From Leptospira sp. (lineage in GTDB: Bacteria > Spirochaetota > Leptospiria > Leptospirales > Leptospiraceae), in assembly GCA_034439575.1 (NCBI GenBank), contig JAWXAQ010000008.1, positions 160,001 to 224,000 of the forward strand: a stretch of 64,000 nt of DNA. Direction: 5' to 3'. Position 1 is the first letter of the stretch. Every line of letters begins with the position of its first letter. The notes under the pieces were generated by a model that saw only the letters and a program-made list of their open reading frames with translations, searched no databases and was not told the origin of the DNA. Shown here piece by piece: positions 39,615-49,781 of the stretch. A program made the position numbers and the translations under genes.

Positions 39615-40301
39615 TTACGCAGAACATCTGTCTGGTGAATCGGAAAAATGATGCATAAATCCCTCGATTTCAAGGATTCTTTCAGTATGTTTACCTTTTA
39701 AAAATTGATTCGTTTTAATATCGATTGGACTTTGATTTTTAAATTTGATTTGGAAAGTATCAGTTGTTATCCATTTATAGGTTCCTTCATATTTTAAATG
39801 GATCAATTTTCCATCGTTATCATCGAATGATTTTTTTGTATAAACAAAGGTCCCTTTAGGATCAAAATTGAATTGGTCTATATGTCCGTATGCTCCAGGG
39901 CTTGGTCCATACCAAGTAATCCGAGTGAATATTGTTTTTTGATCGAAACCAGCGAGAATTCCAAATTGAAATGTATCTTTGATGATTTTAAGATCTTTGT
40001 CTTTTAGCATAGTTTCGCGGTAAGATGGTTTATTTTGAACCGCTGTTTGAAGCAATTTGTAGATGTTCGAATCTTCTTCCATATCTTCGCAAAGACTCAT
40101 TTGAACTGCATAAACACAGGCTAGATTATAATTTGCATATGGATCATTTGGATTTTGGTTTATAGATTTTTTAAAATACTCTATAGCTTTCGCATAATCT
40201 TTATTATAGAATGCATCTATTCCTTTTTTGTTAAATTCTGCATTTGTCTGAGCAAATATTGGAAAATATATTAGAAAGATGATCCAGAATCGAATTTTCA
40301 T
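39615..40301 (-). CDS. Exported TPR-containing protein
   Basis: Signal peptide; TPR FNKKGIDAFYNKDYAKAIEYFKKSI...ANYNLACVYA. Confidence 0.8.
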   Translation of the reverse strand: MKIRFWIIFLIYFPIFAQTNAEFNKKGIDAFYNKDYAKAIEYFKKSINQNPNDPYANYNLACVYAVQMSLCEDMEEDSNIYKLLQTAVQNKPSYRETMLKDKDLKIIKDTFQFGILAGFDQKTIFTRITWYGPSPGAYGHIDQFNFDPKGTFVYTKKSFDDNDGKLIHLKYEGTYKWITTDTFQIKFKNQSPIDIKTNQFLKGKHTERILEIEGFMHHFSDSPDRCSA

Positions 40302-40343
40302 TTTGTAGTCCTTTTCAGTAAAAATTTAACCTTTAAAGTGAGA

Positions 40344-41183
40344 TTATTTAATATTTTTAGAAACAAAAGATTTAGATATTTGATCCGCTTCACTTTGTGT
40401 TAACCATTCTTTTTCTTTAAAAATTTCTAGACATACATCTATTGTATCGCTCGGAATGTTTGTTGCAAAATGATAAAGTTCCACATAACTAAGTTTCCCA
40501 CCCTTTTTTGTCATAGATTTTTCAATTTCACTCACAAAGGAAGATGCGATTCGCAGTTTAACAAATACCATTGTATAACTTTCTAAAAAATTTAAAAATT
40601 CTGTATCGGATTTATCAACTGCTAGACTGAAAGCATAATCGTATAAGTTTACATCTTCAGAAAATACTTTTGTTAAATCATTGCCCAAAGATTTGAAGAG
40701 ATTTAAAATTTCATCTTGGTTTACTGCTCCACTTAGTGTTAGCATTTTAATATGTACTAAATCAATTCGAGATAACAAACCTTTTGCTGGCTCAAGGTTC
40801 CAAGTTCTCGAAATAGCATTTTTTAATAATACTGCATACTGTGGTTTCGATAAATATTTCCAATAGGAACTAAATAGTTCTGGAATCGGGCGATTTAATA
40901 ATTTTGCCTTGTGGATGGATGTGATTTGGCAGTAAAATAATTCAGAAAGTGCCTTTGAAGAAAATAAAGGATTTTGGAGGATTTTCTTTATTAAGGATTC
41001 ATCCATAAATCTTAAGTAATAATCCATCAAATAGGCAAATCCTACATCCTTTTCTATTTCATTAGATAATACGGCGGGATGAATATCAGAAAGTACATTT
41101 TCAATCAATTTCAATTTTGGGACATTGTCATATACAAGTGAAAATAGTTCTTTAAGTTTTTGGTTATGATCTTCTGAATTCAT
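40344..41183 (-). CDS. Hypothetical protein (helical)
   Basis: Long ORF 40344..41228, with probable ATG at 41183; no motif recognised. Confidence 0.65.
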   Translation of the reverse strand: MNSEDHNQKLKELFSLVYDNVPKLKLIENVLSDIHPAVLSNEIEKDVGFAYLMDYYLRFMDESLIKKILQNPLFSSKALSELFYCQITSIHKAKLLNRPIPELFSSYWKYLSKPQYAVLLKNAISRTWNLEPAKGLLSRIDLVHIKMLTLSGAVNQDEILNLFKSLGNDLTKVFSEDVNLYDYAFSLAVDKSDTEFLNFLESYTMVFVKLRIASSFVSEIEKSMTKKGGKLSYVELYHFATNIPSDTIDVCLEIFKEKEWLTQSEADQISKSFVSKNIK

Positions 41184-41289
41184 GTTTTCGTAGTAACTAT
41201 ATTTAGATAGGGGAATGTAGTTTGGCAAGTAATTGTAGCTTGCTTATGGTCATAAACACTAAAAAAATATCTTTTAAGAAGAAATTTGT

Positions 41290-42072
41290 ATGATAAAAAA
41301 AATTTCCTATTTTCTAATATTTTTGATAATAACACAACAATTATTCGGCATGGATATTAAACCTAAATTTAAATGGTATGAGAAAATATTACTTTATCCC
41401 TTGTTAGTTCCGTATTTTGCGAGTAAAGAATTATTTAAATATGTAACTGAAACCAGAACTATAACACCTTTACATAAAGCTGTTACGGGTAAGAATCATC
41501 AGGATGAAGTGATTAGATTAATCAAAAGTGGTGAAAATATAAATGCAAAAGATCACTCAGGTAGAACACCTTTGCATTATGCGGCTTTGAATCATAGAGA
41601 GGAAATGATTCTATTACTATTAGCAAATGGAGCTGATATAAATATCCAAGATGATGAAAAGTCTACGGTCATGAGTTATATTTCTTTTATAAACGATCTT
41701 TCCGTTTTGAAAGCGATTATAAAATTTGGTGGCAATATTCATGAGACCACCGATTTAACAGAGGATACGGTTCTTCATAATTTTTGTGCCTCAGGGAAAC
41801 CTAACATTGTAAAATTTCTTTTGGATATAGGTGCCAAAAAGGATTTACAGAAATTAAATTTTAGAAAAGAATCGGTTTTGCATAAAGCTGTTTTATCTAA
41901 GTCAAAAGAAAAATTAGATGTACTTAAAATTCTAATTGAAAATGGTGCAGATAAGAATGTTAAAAATGAAAAAGGAGAATCTCCATTAGAACTTGCTGAA
42001 AAACTAATGAATGATCCATTTGTAGATCAAAGGTTAACAAAATTACAAATAAAATATCTAAGACAAAAATGA
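41290..42072 (+). CDS. Exported ankyrin-repeat protein
   Basis: TPLHKAV, GRTPLHYAA, GADINIQD, TVLHNFC, ESVLHKAV, GESPLELA. Confidence 0.9.
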   Translation: MIKKISYFLIFLIITQQLFGMDIKPKFKWYEKILLYPLLVPYFASKELFKYVTETRTITPLHKAVTGKNHQDEVIRLIKSGENINAKDHSGRTPLHYAALNHREEMILLLLANGADINIQDDEKSTVMSYISFINDLSVLKAIIKFGGNIHETTDLTEDTVLHNFCASGKPNIVKFLLDIGAKKDLQKLNFRKESVLHKAVLSKSKEKLDVLKILIENGADKNVKNEKGESPLELAEKLMNDPFVDQRLTKLQIKYLRQK

Positions 42073-42614
42073 ATTCAAATTATATAAATTGGATATTAAG
42101 TTTAATCTTAGCTTTTCTATGCGTATATATTGTTGGTTATGTGAATTGGGAAAATCAAAAAAAGGGGATTGAAATAATACCATTAAATGATTTTGAAGAA
42201 ATAAAAAATAAAATTTTACCGATTGCTGAATATTCAATGCAAATAGGTGACTTTCGGACTTTGGATTTAGAATTTAATCCTTATAAAAATAGATTATACC
42301 TCATCATTGTCGCAGTAAATTCATCTAAATCTTATGAAAGTCATGCGAACAATAGAATCATAATTCCTAGAAAAGAACTTTTTTCTAAGTCCTATTCTTA
42401 TAATTTCAAATTGTATGATTTGTATTTTAATTCAATAGAATTCCGATCTTGGAACGGAGAGTATAAAAGTTGGGTAAAATATCTATTTGATACACTGACT
42501 AGAAAAAACCATTATCGTTTTTACCTGACAAAATGGCTTTTAATTTCCTTTGGGATATGGCTTGGGTTATTTTATTCTATTAGTCATTATGGAAAAACAA
42601 GAAATCGTCATTAA
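42069..42614 (+). CDS. Hypothetical membrane protein (N- and C-terminal TM)
   Basis: ATGA overlap with the ankyrin gene; two hydrophobic ends. Confidence 0.65.
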   Translation: MNSNYINWILSLILAFLCVYIVGYVNWENQKKGIEIIPLNDFEEIKNKILPIAEYSMQIGDFRTLDLEFNPYKNRLYLIIVAVNSSKSYESHANNRIIIPRKELFSKSYSYNFKLYDLYFNSIEFRSWNGEYKSWVKYLFDTLTRKNHYRFYLTKWLLISFGIWLGLFYSISHYGKTRNRH

Positions 42615-42754
42615 ATCTACGTTAACTTAATTCGAGAATTCTTTATCATTTTAAAAATCTATCCATAAACCCATAAGAAAACTTATGCCATCAATACTAA
42701 ATAAATTAATTATGTTTCCATAGATGCTTTAATTATATTAAAAACTAACATAGT

Positions 42755-43711
42755 TTATTTGATTTCGATTCCTATATTTCCTTTTTTATGACCAGTATCT
42801 GCATACCTATGAGCCTCTACCATGTTATCCAATGGATAAACTTTATCTATAACTGGCTTGAAACTTCCATCCGTTAAAAGTTTGGTTAAAGATTTTAATA
42901 ATTCGATTGATTCAGAGGATAAACCAAATTTCATTTTATATTTACTGAATATAGATTTCCAAAACGCCCATAAAAATTGATAGAAATTAGCATCACATAA
43001 AATAAGAGTTCCCCCTATTTTTAAAGATTTTAGTAAACTTGGAAGATTTGATTTTCCAACGACTTCAAAAATAATATCATATTTTTTTAATTCTAATTTA
43101 TATCCTGGTTCATCGTAACCTAAGACTTCATCAGCACCGAGAGATTTGAGTAAATTTTTATTTGACTGGCTAGAAACTGCAGTTATGTGGAGATTCATTT
43201 TTTTTGCCAATTGCACAGCCGCTGTTCCAACTGATCCAGAGGCCCCATAGATTAAAATTTTTTCTTGGGGTTTGACATTTGATACATTCAGAAAGTGTAA
43301 AGCAGTTAGTCCTCCAAAGGGAACACAGGCCGCTTGTAAATCTGTGATACCATCAGGTATAAAATCAAGTGAAGACTCTTCCGAAAGGCATTTGTATTCC
43401 GCATATGTGCCAAAATTCATACCAGTCATCCCATAAATTCGATCACCTACCTTAAATTTGGTGATATTTTTTCCAATTTCAACAACTTCGCCGGCTAAAG
43501 CGATACCTATTACTGGATTCCTTGGTTTAGATAGACCTAAGAATAATCTCACTAATTGTGGGTCTGGTCTTCTGATTCTACATTCTCCTGAATTAACAGA
43601 AGTAGCTTTAATACGTATGAGAATTTCATTTGGTTTCGGCTTAGGTGTAGGAATATCTCCAATTTGAAACATTTCCGGTGGGCCATAATTTGTAAGAAGG
43701 GCTGCTTTCAT
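42755..43711 (-). CDS. NAD(P)-dependent medium-chain (MDR) oxidoreductase / alcohol dehydrogenase
   Basis: GEVVEIGKNITKFKVGDRIYG, ILIYGASGSVGTAAVQLAK, PVIDKVYPL, GHKKGNI. Confidence 0.9.
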   Translation of the reverse strand: MKAALLTNYGPPEMFQIGDIPTPKPKPNEILIRIKATSVNSGECRIRRPDPQLVRLFLGLSKPRNPVIGIALAGEVVEIGKNITKFKVGDRIYGMTGMNFGTYAEYKCLSEESSLDFIPDGITDLQAACVPFGGLTALHFLNVSNVKPQEKILIYGASGSVGTAAVQLAKKMNLHITAVSSQSNKNLLKSLGADEVLGYDEPGYKLELKKYDIIFEVVGKSNLPSLLKSLKIGGTLILCDANFYQFLWAFWKSIFSKYKMKFGLSSESIELLKSLTKLLTDGSFKPVIDKVYPLDNMVEAHRYADTGHKKGNIGIEIK

Positions 43712-43738
43712 ATTTTACTCGACTTTTTTCATTAAAAA

Positions 43739-43753
43739 ACTTACACTGTAAGT
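43739..43753. promoter_or_regulatory. Palindromic TetR-type operator
   Basis: ACTTACA-C-TGTAAGT is a perfect inverted repeat between the divergent MDR and tetR genes. Confidence 0.75.
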
Positions 43754-43796
43754 GAGTCTATCAAAATATTCATTTCAGAAAAATAATTTTTACACC

Positions 43797-44465
43797 ATGC
43801 CTACTTTAAAAAAATCAAAACGTGGAACTTTAACAAAAATAAGGATCATACATGCAGCAATTGAATTAGCAGATGAAAATGGTATAGAAAATCTTTCTAT
43901 GCGAAATCTAGCCCAAATACTGGGAGTTGAGGCAATGTCTTTGTATAATCACATAACAAATAAAGATGATTTACTTTCTGAAATGGTAGACACATTGATT
44001 TCAAAAATTAATTCACCTTTGATTAATAAAGATTGGAGAAGAGAAATGATAAATAGAGCAAAATCAATGAGAAAACAATTGTTAATTCATCCTTGGCTTA
44101 CTCAACTTATTATCTCGAGGCCAAATGTGGGACCGGAAATGTTATCATTTTTTAATGCTACGCTAGGCTGTTTGGTGAAAGCAGGATTTTCCTTAGAAAG
44201 GGCTGATCATGCTGTAAATGTGATGGATAGTCATATTTATGGTTACACATCGCAAGAGTTAAATTTTCCATTTAAACCGAAAGAATATCCAATCATGGCT
44301 AGAAAATTTTTGCCTATGTTGTCTAAGGAAAAATATCCTTATATGTATGATTTGACGATGTTAGTCATTGAAAAGAAGTATAGTGGACTACATTCATTTG
44401 ATTTTGGGATGGAGTTATTGCTTGATGGCTTGGAGAAAGAATTAGAAATTTATTTGCAATCATAA
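43797..44465 (+). CDS. TetR/AcrR family regulator (TetR_C type)
   Basis: IIHAAIELADENGIENLSMRNLAQILGVEAMSLYNH; HPW; FDFGMELLLDGLE; likely start MPTLKK at 43797. Confidence 0.92.
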   Translation: MPTLKKSKRGTLTKIRIIHAAIELADENGIENLSMRNLAQILGVEAMSLYNHITNKDDLLSEMVDTLISKINSPLINKDWRREMINRAKSMRKQLLIHPWLTQLIISRPNVGPEMLSFFNATLGCLVKAGFSLERADHAVNVMDSHIYGYTSQELNFPFKPKEYPIMARKFLPMLSKEKYPYMYDLTMLVIEKKYSGLHSFDFGMELLLDGLEKELEIYLQS

Positions 44466-45775
44466 CTTTGATCAGTAATAGTAAATTCAAAATAAAACCT
44501 AACATTATACCCATCCGTGCCGTCTGGATAGATAGGTATACTTACTTTTTTGGGACATCCTGTTTCGATAGCTTGCTCTGCGATTTTAGAAGCTTGAAAC
44601 CAATTTTCTTTTCCATAAGCGGGGATCAGAAAGCGATATCGATTTAAAAACATAGTTAGGATAAAGAAAATAATAAAAAAATATGTTTTCCATGATTCTT
44701 TAACAATTTGCGATATTGTTAAGCTTAAAAATAATATCCCCCATGGCGCTAGAATAAAGCCATATCGTAACTTCCAAACTATATTTAAATTTAAGAATGT
44801 AGTAAATGAATATGGACGAACTATAAAAGTTAATAATGGAATAAAACAAATCATCAAGATTAAAAGAAATAAAATTACTGAGGAAATGTTTTTTTTACAG
44901 ATTCGGTAAAAATATAAACCACATAACAATAAAGAGATACCAATACCACCATAATAATATATATGCCAATGTTCGCGGTATAGTTTAAGAAGGTATTTAT
45001 CTCCTACTAAGGGTTGCCATATCAATGAATTTTGTACAACATAATGCCAACCAACTAACAAATCTTTGATAGATAAACTTGGGCCTGATGGAAGTTTATC
45101 TTTTTGAAGAATATTTAGTATCACAGAAAATAAAATAGCGATAAAAAGTAAAAGAGTCCTTTTCGAAACTTGGCTTTCGAATTTATAAAAATAAACTAAT
45201 TGAATGAATAAAACGGGAAGTAGAATTACCGGCTCCCCTGTACTAAAAATTGCTAAGAGTATGAAAAAACATTCATACAGGCTGAGATTGGTCTTGTTAT
45301 TTTTTAATACGAGTAAGGATAAGTATAAAAAAAGAATCCAATGCAGATTGGCTAAATTTCCAAGAACTTCATGTAGGCCTGGAACAAAACAGAAAGTTAA
45401 ACAGAGAATAAAACGATGTATTTTATTTTTTAATAGGGAAGAAAAATCTTCAGTTACAAAAACTGAAATTATAATAGCATAGATAAGCAAACAAATGCTA
45501 AATATTATTTGAGGAAATAAGAATACAGGAAAAAAATGTATTAAATAGGAAATTACTCTAGGAAGAGTATGGTAATAGCCTGCATAAGGTAAAAATAAAC
45601 TTTTCCAACCGTATTGGATCGCTTCACTTAAAAAAAGTGAGCCATCTTCTGCCCATAGATGAGGAAATATAAACCTTTCATGGGATCGTAGAATAAGTAA
45701 TAATAGACAAATAGCTAGTGTTATGCGGAAAGTATATTTTTCAAAAAATCCTGAAATTTGTTTCAAATAACTCAC
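44450..45775 (-). CDS. Polytopic membrane protein, putative GT-C fold glycosyltransferase
   Basis: About 11-12 TMs; first periplasmic loop LWAEDG...PYAGYYHTLPR has an acidic motif typical of GT-C-like proteins. Confidence 0.55.
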   Translation of the reverse strand: MSYLKQISGFFEKYTFRITLAICLLLLILRSHERFIFPHLWAEDGSLFLSEAIQYGWKSLFLPYAGYYHTLPRVISYLIHFFPVFLFPQIIFSICLLIYAIIISVFVTEDFSSLLKNKIHRFILCLTFCFVPGLHEVLGNLANLHWILFLYLSLLVLKNNKTNLSLYECFFILLAIFSTGEPVILLPVLFIQLVYFYKFESQVSKRTLLLFIAILFSVILNILQKDKLPSGPSLSIKDLLVGWHYVVQNSLIWQPLVGDKYLLKLYREHWHIYYYGGIGISLLLCGLYFYRICKKNISSVILFLLILMICFIPLLTFIVRPYSFTTFLNLNIVWKLRYGFILAPWGILFLSLTISQIVKESWKTYFFIIFFILTMFLNRYRFLIPAYGKENWFQASKIAEQAIETGCPKKVSIPIYPDGTDGYNVRFYFEFTITDQSYDCK

Positions 45776-45877
45776 AGAAGTATCAGAAAACTGACGATCA
45801 AAAGGTCAAGTTTTTTAGTTCATATGCTATAAATCCTTATTGCCTTACGATAATATTATTTTAATGATCATATTTGT

Positions 45878-46984
45878 ATGACCGCCCTTAAGGATATTTA
45901 TTCTCCAAAATTTATTGGGGATCTTGCAAATTCGTTAAAAAAAGTTTATCCATCTCTGGATCGCGATATTTTTGTTAAAGATATTTTCAAAAAATCATGG
46001 ATACAATTTGAATTGAAAGAGCGTATGAGTCACATCTCAGATGTAATGATCGTACATACTCCGATTTCTTTTTCTAAAAGAGTGATAGTTCTTAAAAAAT
46101 TAATTAACAACTTACGCGGAATTGGTGAAGAAAATTTTAATTTTCCTTATATGTTTTTACCAGAAATCATACAGAAAACAGGAAATGATAACTTTGAAGA
46201 GAGTATGAATGCTATAGAATTTATCACTGTTTTTACGAGTGCTGAATTTGTGATTCGTCATTTTTATCTTTCTGATTTTACAAATACTTTGAATCAAATG
46301 AAAGTTTGGTCAAAACACAAAGATCCGATGGTAAGAAGGCTCGCCAGTGAAGGGAGCCGACCTTTGTTACCTTGGGGAATTGGGGTACCCAAAATAAAAA
46401 GTAATCCAGAATATCATTTACCAATATTGGAAAATTTATGGAATGATCGCAATGAAACGGTTAGACGAAGTGTTGCCAATCACTTAAATGATATTTCTAA
46501 AATAAATCCAGAATTGAGTTGGAATTTCGCAAAGGACAAATTTGGCCATTCAAATGAGACGGATAAATCTCTAAGACATTCATTAAGAACGCTTTTAAAA
46601 CGTGGTCATACGGAAATATTAAATTCCTTTGATTATGATACAAAATGGAAACCAAAAATATTTCACTTAAAATTAGAAAAAGATAAAATCAAAATGGGAG
46701 ATAAAATCAAATTTTCCATCAGAATCGTAAACCAAAGTAACAAACCAGTTAAGTTAAGATTGGAATATATCATATCATTTTATCTTGCAAATAAAAAATA
46801 TGGAAAGAAAGTATTTCAGTTAGGTGAAAAGCTTTTGAATCCAAAAGAAGATTTTATAAAGCTAAAATCACATTCCTTCGCACCAATTACCACTCGAACT
46901 TATTATCCTGGGATTCATCATATAGCGCTTGTTATTAATGGAAATGAAATAGTGATCCAGAGTTTCGAATTAAAAGAAAAATAA
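45878..46984 (+). CDS. alkC: AlkC-type DNA alkylation repair glycosylase (HEAT repeats plus C-terminal Ig-like domain)
   Basis: FTSAEFVIR, VRRLASEGSRPLLPW, VRRSVANHLNDISK, LRTLLK, ITTRTYYPG. Confidence 0.85.
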   Translation: MTALKDIYSPKFIGDLANSLKKVYPSLDRDIFVKDIFKKSWIQFELKERMSHISDVMIVHTPISFSKRVIVLKKLINNLRGIGEENFNFPYMFLPEIIQKTGNDNFEESMNAIEFITVFTSAEFVIRHFYLSDFTNTLNQMKVWSKHKDPMVRRLASEGSRPLLPWGIGVPKIKSNPEYHLPILENLWNDRNETVRRSVANHLNDISKINPELSWNFAKDKFGHSNETDKSLRHSLRTLLKRGHTEILNSFDYDTKWKPKIFHLKLEKDKIKMGDKIKFSIRIVNQSNKPVKLRLEYIISFYLANKKYGKKVFQLGEKLLNPKEDFIKLKSHSFAPITTRTYYPGIHHIALVINGNEIVIQSFELKEK

Positions 46985-46988
46985 ATTT

Positions 46989-47588
46989 ATGCGAATTATA
47001 TTGATTTTCATTTTGTTCTTTAATTCTTGTTCCAGATACTATTTGGGAGAAAATTACAATTTTCATAACATAGAAATAGAAAAAAAAATAGATCTCTCAT
47101 ATGAACTGATCGGTTGGGATCTAAACGATTATAGGGAAGATAGTTCCGAAATTCTAAAAACTTTACATTTATCAAATAAATTTACAGGCCTTACTTCTCA
47201 TATCAAATCAAATAAAAAGTATCGTTTACAAATTATACATACCTCTCTCCCTAAAATTCTTCCTTTGATGGGAGAACATACCCAACCTGTTTCTTGGATG
47301 CCAGAAAAAAAACCAATACTGCTTATTATAACGCTCATTAATAGGATGTTGTCCTTTAGAACCCTATTTTTAATTCCTCTTGTCCAACAAAACGAAGAAA
47401 ATATTTGTTTTCGTTTGTGGTATGAAAATAATTTGGAAAGTGAATATAATTATCCGATAAAGACCATTTCAGTTTTTGGTTGGGTTGCATTGGGATTGCG
47501 GTCTTTTGACGATCATTTTTTGATTAAAGAAATATATCGAACTATAACCAAACAATGGATATATGATATGGGATTACTTAAAAAATGA
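46989..47588 (+). CDS. Putative lipoprotein
   Basis: Lipobox FNSC; TLFLIP and VFGW segments. Confidence 0.7.
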   Translation: MRIILIFILFFNSCSRYYLGENYNFHNIEIEKKIDLSYELIGWDLNDYREDSSEILKTLHLSNKFTGLTSHIKSNKKYRLQIIHTSLPKILPLMGEHTQPVSWMPEKKPILLIITLINRMLSFRTLFLIPLVQQNEENICFRLWYENNLESEYNYPIKTISVFGWVALGLRSFDDHFLIKEIYRTITKQWIYDMGLLKK

Positions 47589-48103
47589 AAATTTGTATTT
47601 TATTGATAAGTATATTGAGTTTCCATTGTATCGCATTTAAAGGAAATACCAAAGAAGATATAGAAATAAAAAAACTAAATTTAAAAAAAATAAATTTAGT
47701 TTTTACTGGTTTTCATTATTATCTCGAACAACAAACACTTATAGAATCTAAATTATTGTCAAATGGATATGTTTTGGATAAAGAAAGTAACTTGTTAATA
47801 GAAATTATTTTAGAAGATATATCGCCAATTTATAGTTATCCGAAATTACATTTTTTGAACTTAATTGGATCTATCTTAACTGCAACTATGTTACCTTATC
47901 ACAATATTTCTAATCATAAGTTAAAAGTGCGCATTAGGGACTTGGGTGAAATAGTATATGAAAATAATAGGATTATTTCATTACACCAATATAGAGGTAT
48001 TTTATTAATTCCATTGACTCCCTTTTATTGGCCGAGTTTCGTATTCAATGATTCACTTTTAATGGAGTTTGATAAACTGCTAAGGTCACTTAATGAAGTT
48101 TAA
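47585..48103 (+). CDS. Putative lipoprotein
   Basis: Lipobox SFHC; ATGA overlap with the previous gene; SILTATMLPY segment. Confidence 0.7.
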   Translation: MKICILLISILSFHCIAFKGNTKEDIEIKKLNLKKINLVFTGFHYYLEQQTLIESKLLSNGYVLDKESNLLIEIILEDISPIYSYPKLHFLNLIGSILTATMLPYHNISNHKLKVRIRDLGEIVYENNRIISLHQYRGILLIPLTPFYWPSFVFNDSLLMEFDKLLRSLNEV

Positions 48104-49022
48104 ATTATATATCTTTTTCCTGATAATTTCAATCGCAATTGGTACATGTAAGTCTCTTGGACTTAATAAAGCTATGATCCAAAAAGATGTTGCGAGCAGG
48201 GAAATAACAATTGGAGGAACCAAGAGATCGTATTTGCTCTACAATCCAAAAGCAAAAGGGGATTCCCCACAAAAAAAAGCACTACTCTTTCTGTTACATG
48301 GTCGTTTCGGTACGGGACAACAAATTATGGAACAATCAAATATGAATTCTATCGCTGATAGAGAGGGATTTGTAGTCGTATATCCAAATGGTTATGATAG
48401 AAGTTGGGCTGACGGAAGAGGGAAGACACCTGCCGATAAACAAGACATTGATGATGTATTGTTTATAAAGTCAATATTTGAAGACGTAACAAAAGATAGT
48501 TTGATTGATAAAAATAGAATTTTTGTGGCAGGTCATTCAAATGGTGGATTTATGACTCAGAAACTACTTTTATCTTTATCTACTATTTTTAAGGCTGGAG
48601 TAAGTATCGCCGCTCAATTGAGTGCGAATGTGGTAAAACAATATTCCTTTGCGAATCCGGTATCGGTGTCTTTTATTTCTGGAACAGATGACCCACTTGT
48701 GCCATATTACGGAGGCTATGTGAAAGATGGAGGTGAAATTTTAAGTGTCGAAGATTCTGTGGAGAGGTGGCGAATTTGGAATCAATGTTCAAATTTTTAT
48801 ACACGAGAATCACAAGATAACAAGCCGGATAAAACTTCAATAGAGCGTATCACATATTTAGATTGCAAACAACAGACAAAAGTTATGTTGGTTAATGTTA
48901 TCGGCGGTGGTCATTCATACCCTGGCAAAGATCAAAAAATCCCTCTTGTAAAAATGGGAAATCCAACGGAAGAAATAGATGCATCAGAAGAAATTTGGAA
49001 TTTTTTTAAAGATATTAAATAA
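48093..49022 (+). CDS. PHB depolymerase / LpqC-family esterase
   Basis: LLHG, GFVVVYPNG, DDVLFI, GHSNGG, GTDDPLVPY, GGGHSYPG, IDASEEIWNFF. Confidence 0.88.
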   Translation: MKFKLYIFFLIISIAIGTCKSLGLNKAMIQKDVASREITIGGTKRSYLLYNPKAKGDSPQKKALLFLLHGRFGTGQQIMEQSNMNSIADREGFVVVYPNGYDRSWADGRGKTPADKQDIDDVLFIKSIFEDVTKDSLIDKNRIFVAGHSNGGFMTQKLLLSLSTIFKAGVSIAAQLSANVVKQYSFANPVSVSFISGTDDPLVPYYGGYVKDGGEILSVEDSVERWRIWNQCSNFYTRESQDNKPDKTSIERITYLDCKQQTKVMLVNVIGGGHSYPGKDQKIPLVKMGNPTEEIDASEEIWNFFKDIK

Positions 49023-49765
49023 TGGAATTGGGAATGGATAAAAATGCCAAAATAGCAATTGTGACAGGTGCTTCTAGAGGTATCGGCTTAGCTATTTCTA
49101 AAATACTAATACAGCATCATTATATAGTTTATGGTTGTTCTAAGAATCCAGAGAATTGTAATTTTACTCATGCAAATTTTAAATTAGACAAGGTCGATCT
49201 ATGCAATCCTGTTCAAATTCAAAATTGGATTGCCGATTTAAAAAAATTAGATCAAATTCATATATTAATTCATAATGCAGGAATAGGTTTTTTTAAACCT
49301 ATGGAGGAACTGTTTCCATCAGAAATTATTTCTATGGTTAACCTTCATTTAACGGCTCCGATGTTACTCGTGAATTCTCTTTTAAGAAATTTAAAACAAC
49401 AAGAAGGACGAATTATATTTATAGGATCCATTGCTGGGACAAAAGTTTCGCCATGGGGTTCAGTTTATGGAGCGACGAAAGCAGGCCTCATCCATTTTGG
49501 GAGAGAGTTATTTGGAGAGCTTCGCAAATCGGGTGTTAAGGTGACGAATATCATACCTGATTTAACAAATACAGATTTTTATAAAGATCTTAATTTCAGA
49601 ACGGATGATGACCCGAGAAGTTTTATTTTAGCTGAATGCATTGCAAATTCTGTAATCAATGTTATAAATCAACGGGAAGGTACTGTAATTTCTGAAGTTA
49701 TTATTCAACCTGAACGATTCAAAATCAAAAAGAAAAATAATAATTTGAATCAGAAATTGGAATGA
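49022..49765 (+). CDS. SDR family oxidoreductase
   Basis: TGASRGIG, HNAGIG, catalytic YGATK. Confidence 0.92.
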   Translation: MELGMDKNAKIAIVTGASRGIGLAISKILIQHHYIVYGCSKNPENCNFTHANFKLDKVDLCNPVQIQNWIADLKKLDQIHILIHNAGIGFFKPMEELFPSEIISMVNLHLTAPMLLVNSLLRNLKQQEGRIIFIGSIAGTKVSPWGSVYGATKAGLIHFGRELFGELRKSGVKVTNIIPDLTNTDFYKDLNFRTDDDPRSFILAECIANSVINVINQREGTVISEVIIQPERFKIKKKNNNLNQKLE

Positions 49766-49781
49766 AAGATAGTCTGAAACG

